NCBI GenBank assembly: GCA_017499595.2
Contig: CM039005.1
Location: 2,914,001 to 2,978,000, forward strand
DNA: 64,000 nt
Direction: 5' to 3'
Source of the DNA: Psilocybe cubensis
Taxonomy: Eukaryota
Shown: one piece after another, positions 62,741 to 64,000 of the stretch
Layout of the letters: each line of letters begins with the position of its first letter
How positions within the stretch are numbered: position 1 is the first letter of the stretch
Made by a program: the position numbers and the translations under genes
The notes under the pieces: generated by a model
Database searches by the model: none
Seen by the model: only the letters and a program-made list of their open reading frames with translations
What the model was told of the DNA's origin: nothing

Positions 62741-64000
62741 GATTGTGCCCTACAACCGCAGCGTGTTACATACAACACCATGGGCCATTTCATGTAGTCA
62801 ACGATAACAAAGAAACATATATGTCTAACTTCATAAACAATACATTTGAGCTTGTTGCGTATAGAATCTAATTGCCACCGTTGCGAGAATTAGGTCAGTT
62901 CAGCGATTTAATGCACGTATCCAACTATATACATAAATTTACATGCTGAAGTCACAAAATATACTTTTAGGATATGGTCATCAAAACGGTACTATTCACC
63001 TATTCTGCGTCCATTTCTTAAACAAATGTCGTGGGAAAATGAGTGTCTATGTGATAAAAGCACAAAAATCAGGCTAAAAGTTCAAATGTATCCTTTCGGG
63101 AAACACTCAGATGCGTTGGATTGTATTTTAGCCTAGTATCCAGCTGAGAGAACATCAGGGAAAATTCAAGTAGTTGTTTTTCGGGAGCTATGTTATTCCA
63201 AGATACTACCCATAGAACATCCGTATCAAAACACATCGTATAGCCCATCTGCCCGGCAGCGCTAAGATTAGGTTGCCAGTCTATGGTTCGATAGAGGCCA
63301 TACAATGCAGGACATATGAAAGAATTTACGTGTTTTATTTTCTTCAGCATCCTAGCACCAACCCCGCAGCATGACCCTCTTGTTTCATGACATCCACCCC
63401 GTGAGTCCGCTATCTGTCTGTATTGGCCTGTATTGGCTGCGACGTTCTGAGTGATTTGCACTGTAAATGCGAGGCGGGTTTGATTGAGAAGCGGCCTGTG
63501 TGTACGTAGCGGGGTGAAGGTGAGTCTTGTGCGCCTTATGCATATGTTTATGCCGAATCTGCCAACACTTTTCTGACACTTGGTCGCAGTCATCGTGATT
63601 CGACAGGTCCGATAGAAGGATAGGGCGATTTGGTGGAAGAATTGCGAGGGTTAGCATTTTTGCCGTTCATTCCTGTAGCTTGCACCCGTACAGCGTCGAC
63701 AGCGTCGAGCACACTAGGAGATCATGAGTATCAGCACATTCCCTACAATGTGCAGACACTGACGCACTATTTTAACCAGCGTGTTTCTGTCTCTTGGTCC
63801 CTCTTCCCCTCCGTTCGATGATGGTAATAATATTCTGGGTGAATTTTCAATATGCTACGTGGATTACTTCGCGTCTGACACGTCTTGGGTTCCCTCTATG
63901 TGTGCTGTTCCTTGGTTGGATGTGCGTACGTCCAATCTGCGCGACAACTCTTGAGAATACATTCACTTATAGGGAGTCTTTAACTTGATCCATCAGACAT

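Overview
Eukaryotic, intron-rich DNA consistent with an agaricomycete (mushroom-forming) fungus: short GT-AG introns, HsbA-like secreted proteins, a Tad1-type LINE and a chromovirus. The window is an accessory region built around an expanded family of about 10 paralogous loci (7 apparently intact, 1 LINE-disrupted, 2 fragments). These encode a conserved N-terminal domain, an HNH_2-like nuclease fold and an acidic tail. In every readable copy the catalytic His is Trp and the second (metal-binding) His is lost, so this looks like a pseudo-nuclease array. About 9 kb of the left half (14.6-24.0 kb) recurs inverted and in permuted order at 37.7-60.7 kb. That duplication left a CAP-Gly-only fragment of a large BTB/CAP-Gly gene and was followed by reciprocal loss of paralogs. 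One paralog carries a full-length LINE (11-bp TSD). The LINE in turn carries a young Ty3/Gypsy chromovirus (identical 450-bp LTRs, 5-bp TSD) in which I found no CpG across 6.4 kb and which has a Tf1-style self-priming site. Also present: twin head-to-head small secreted protein genes, a frameshifted zf-C2HC5 gene, and a possible CACTA-like transposon end. All alignments and counts were done by eye, and family assignments rest on motif recognition, not database searches.
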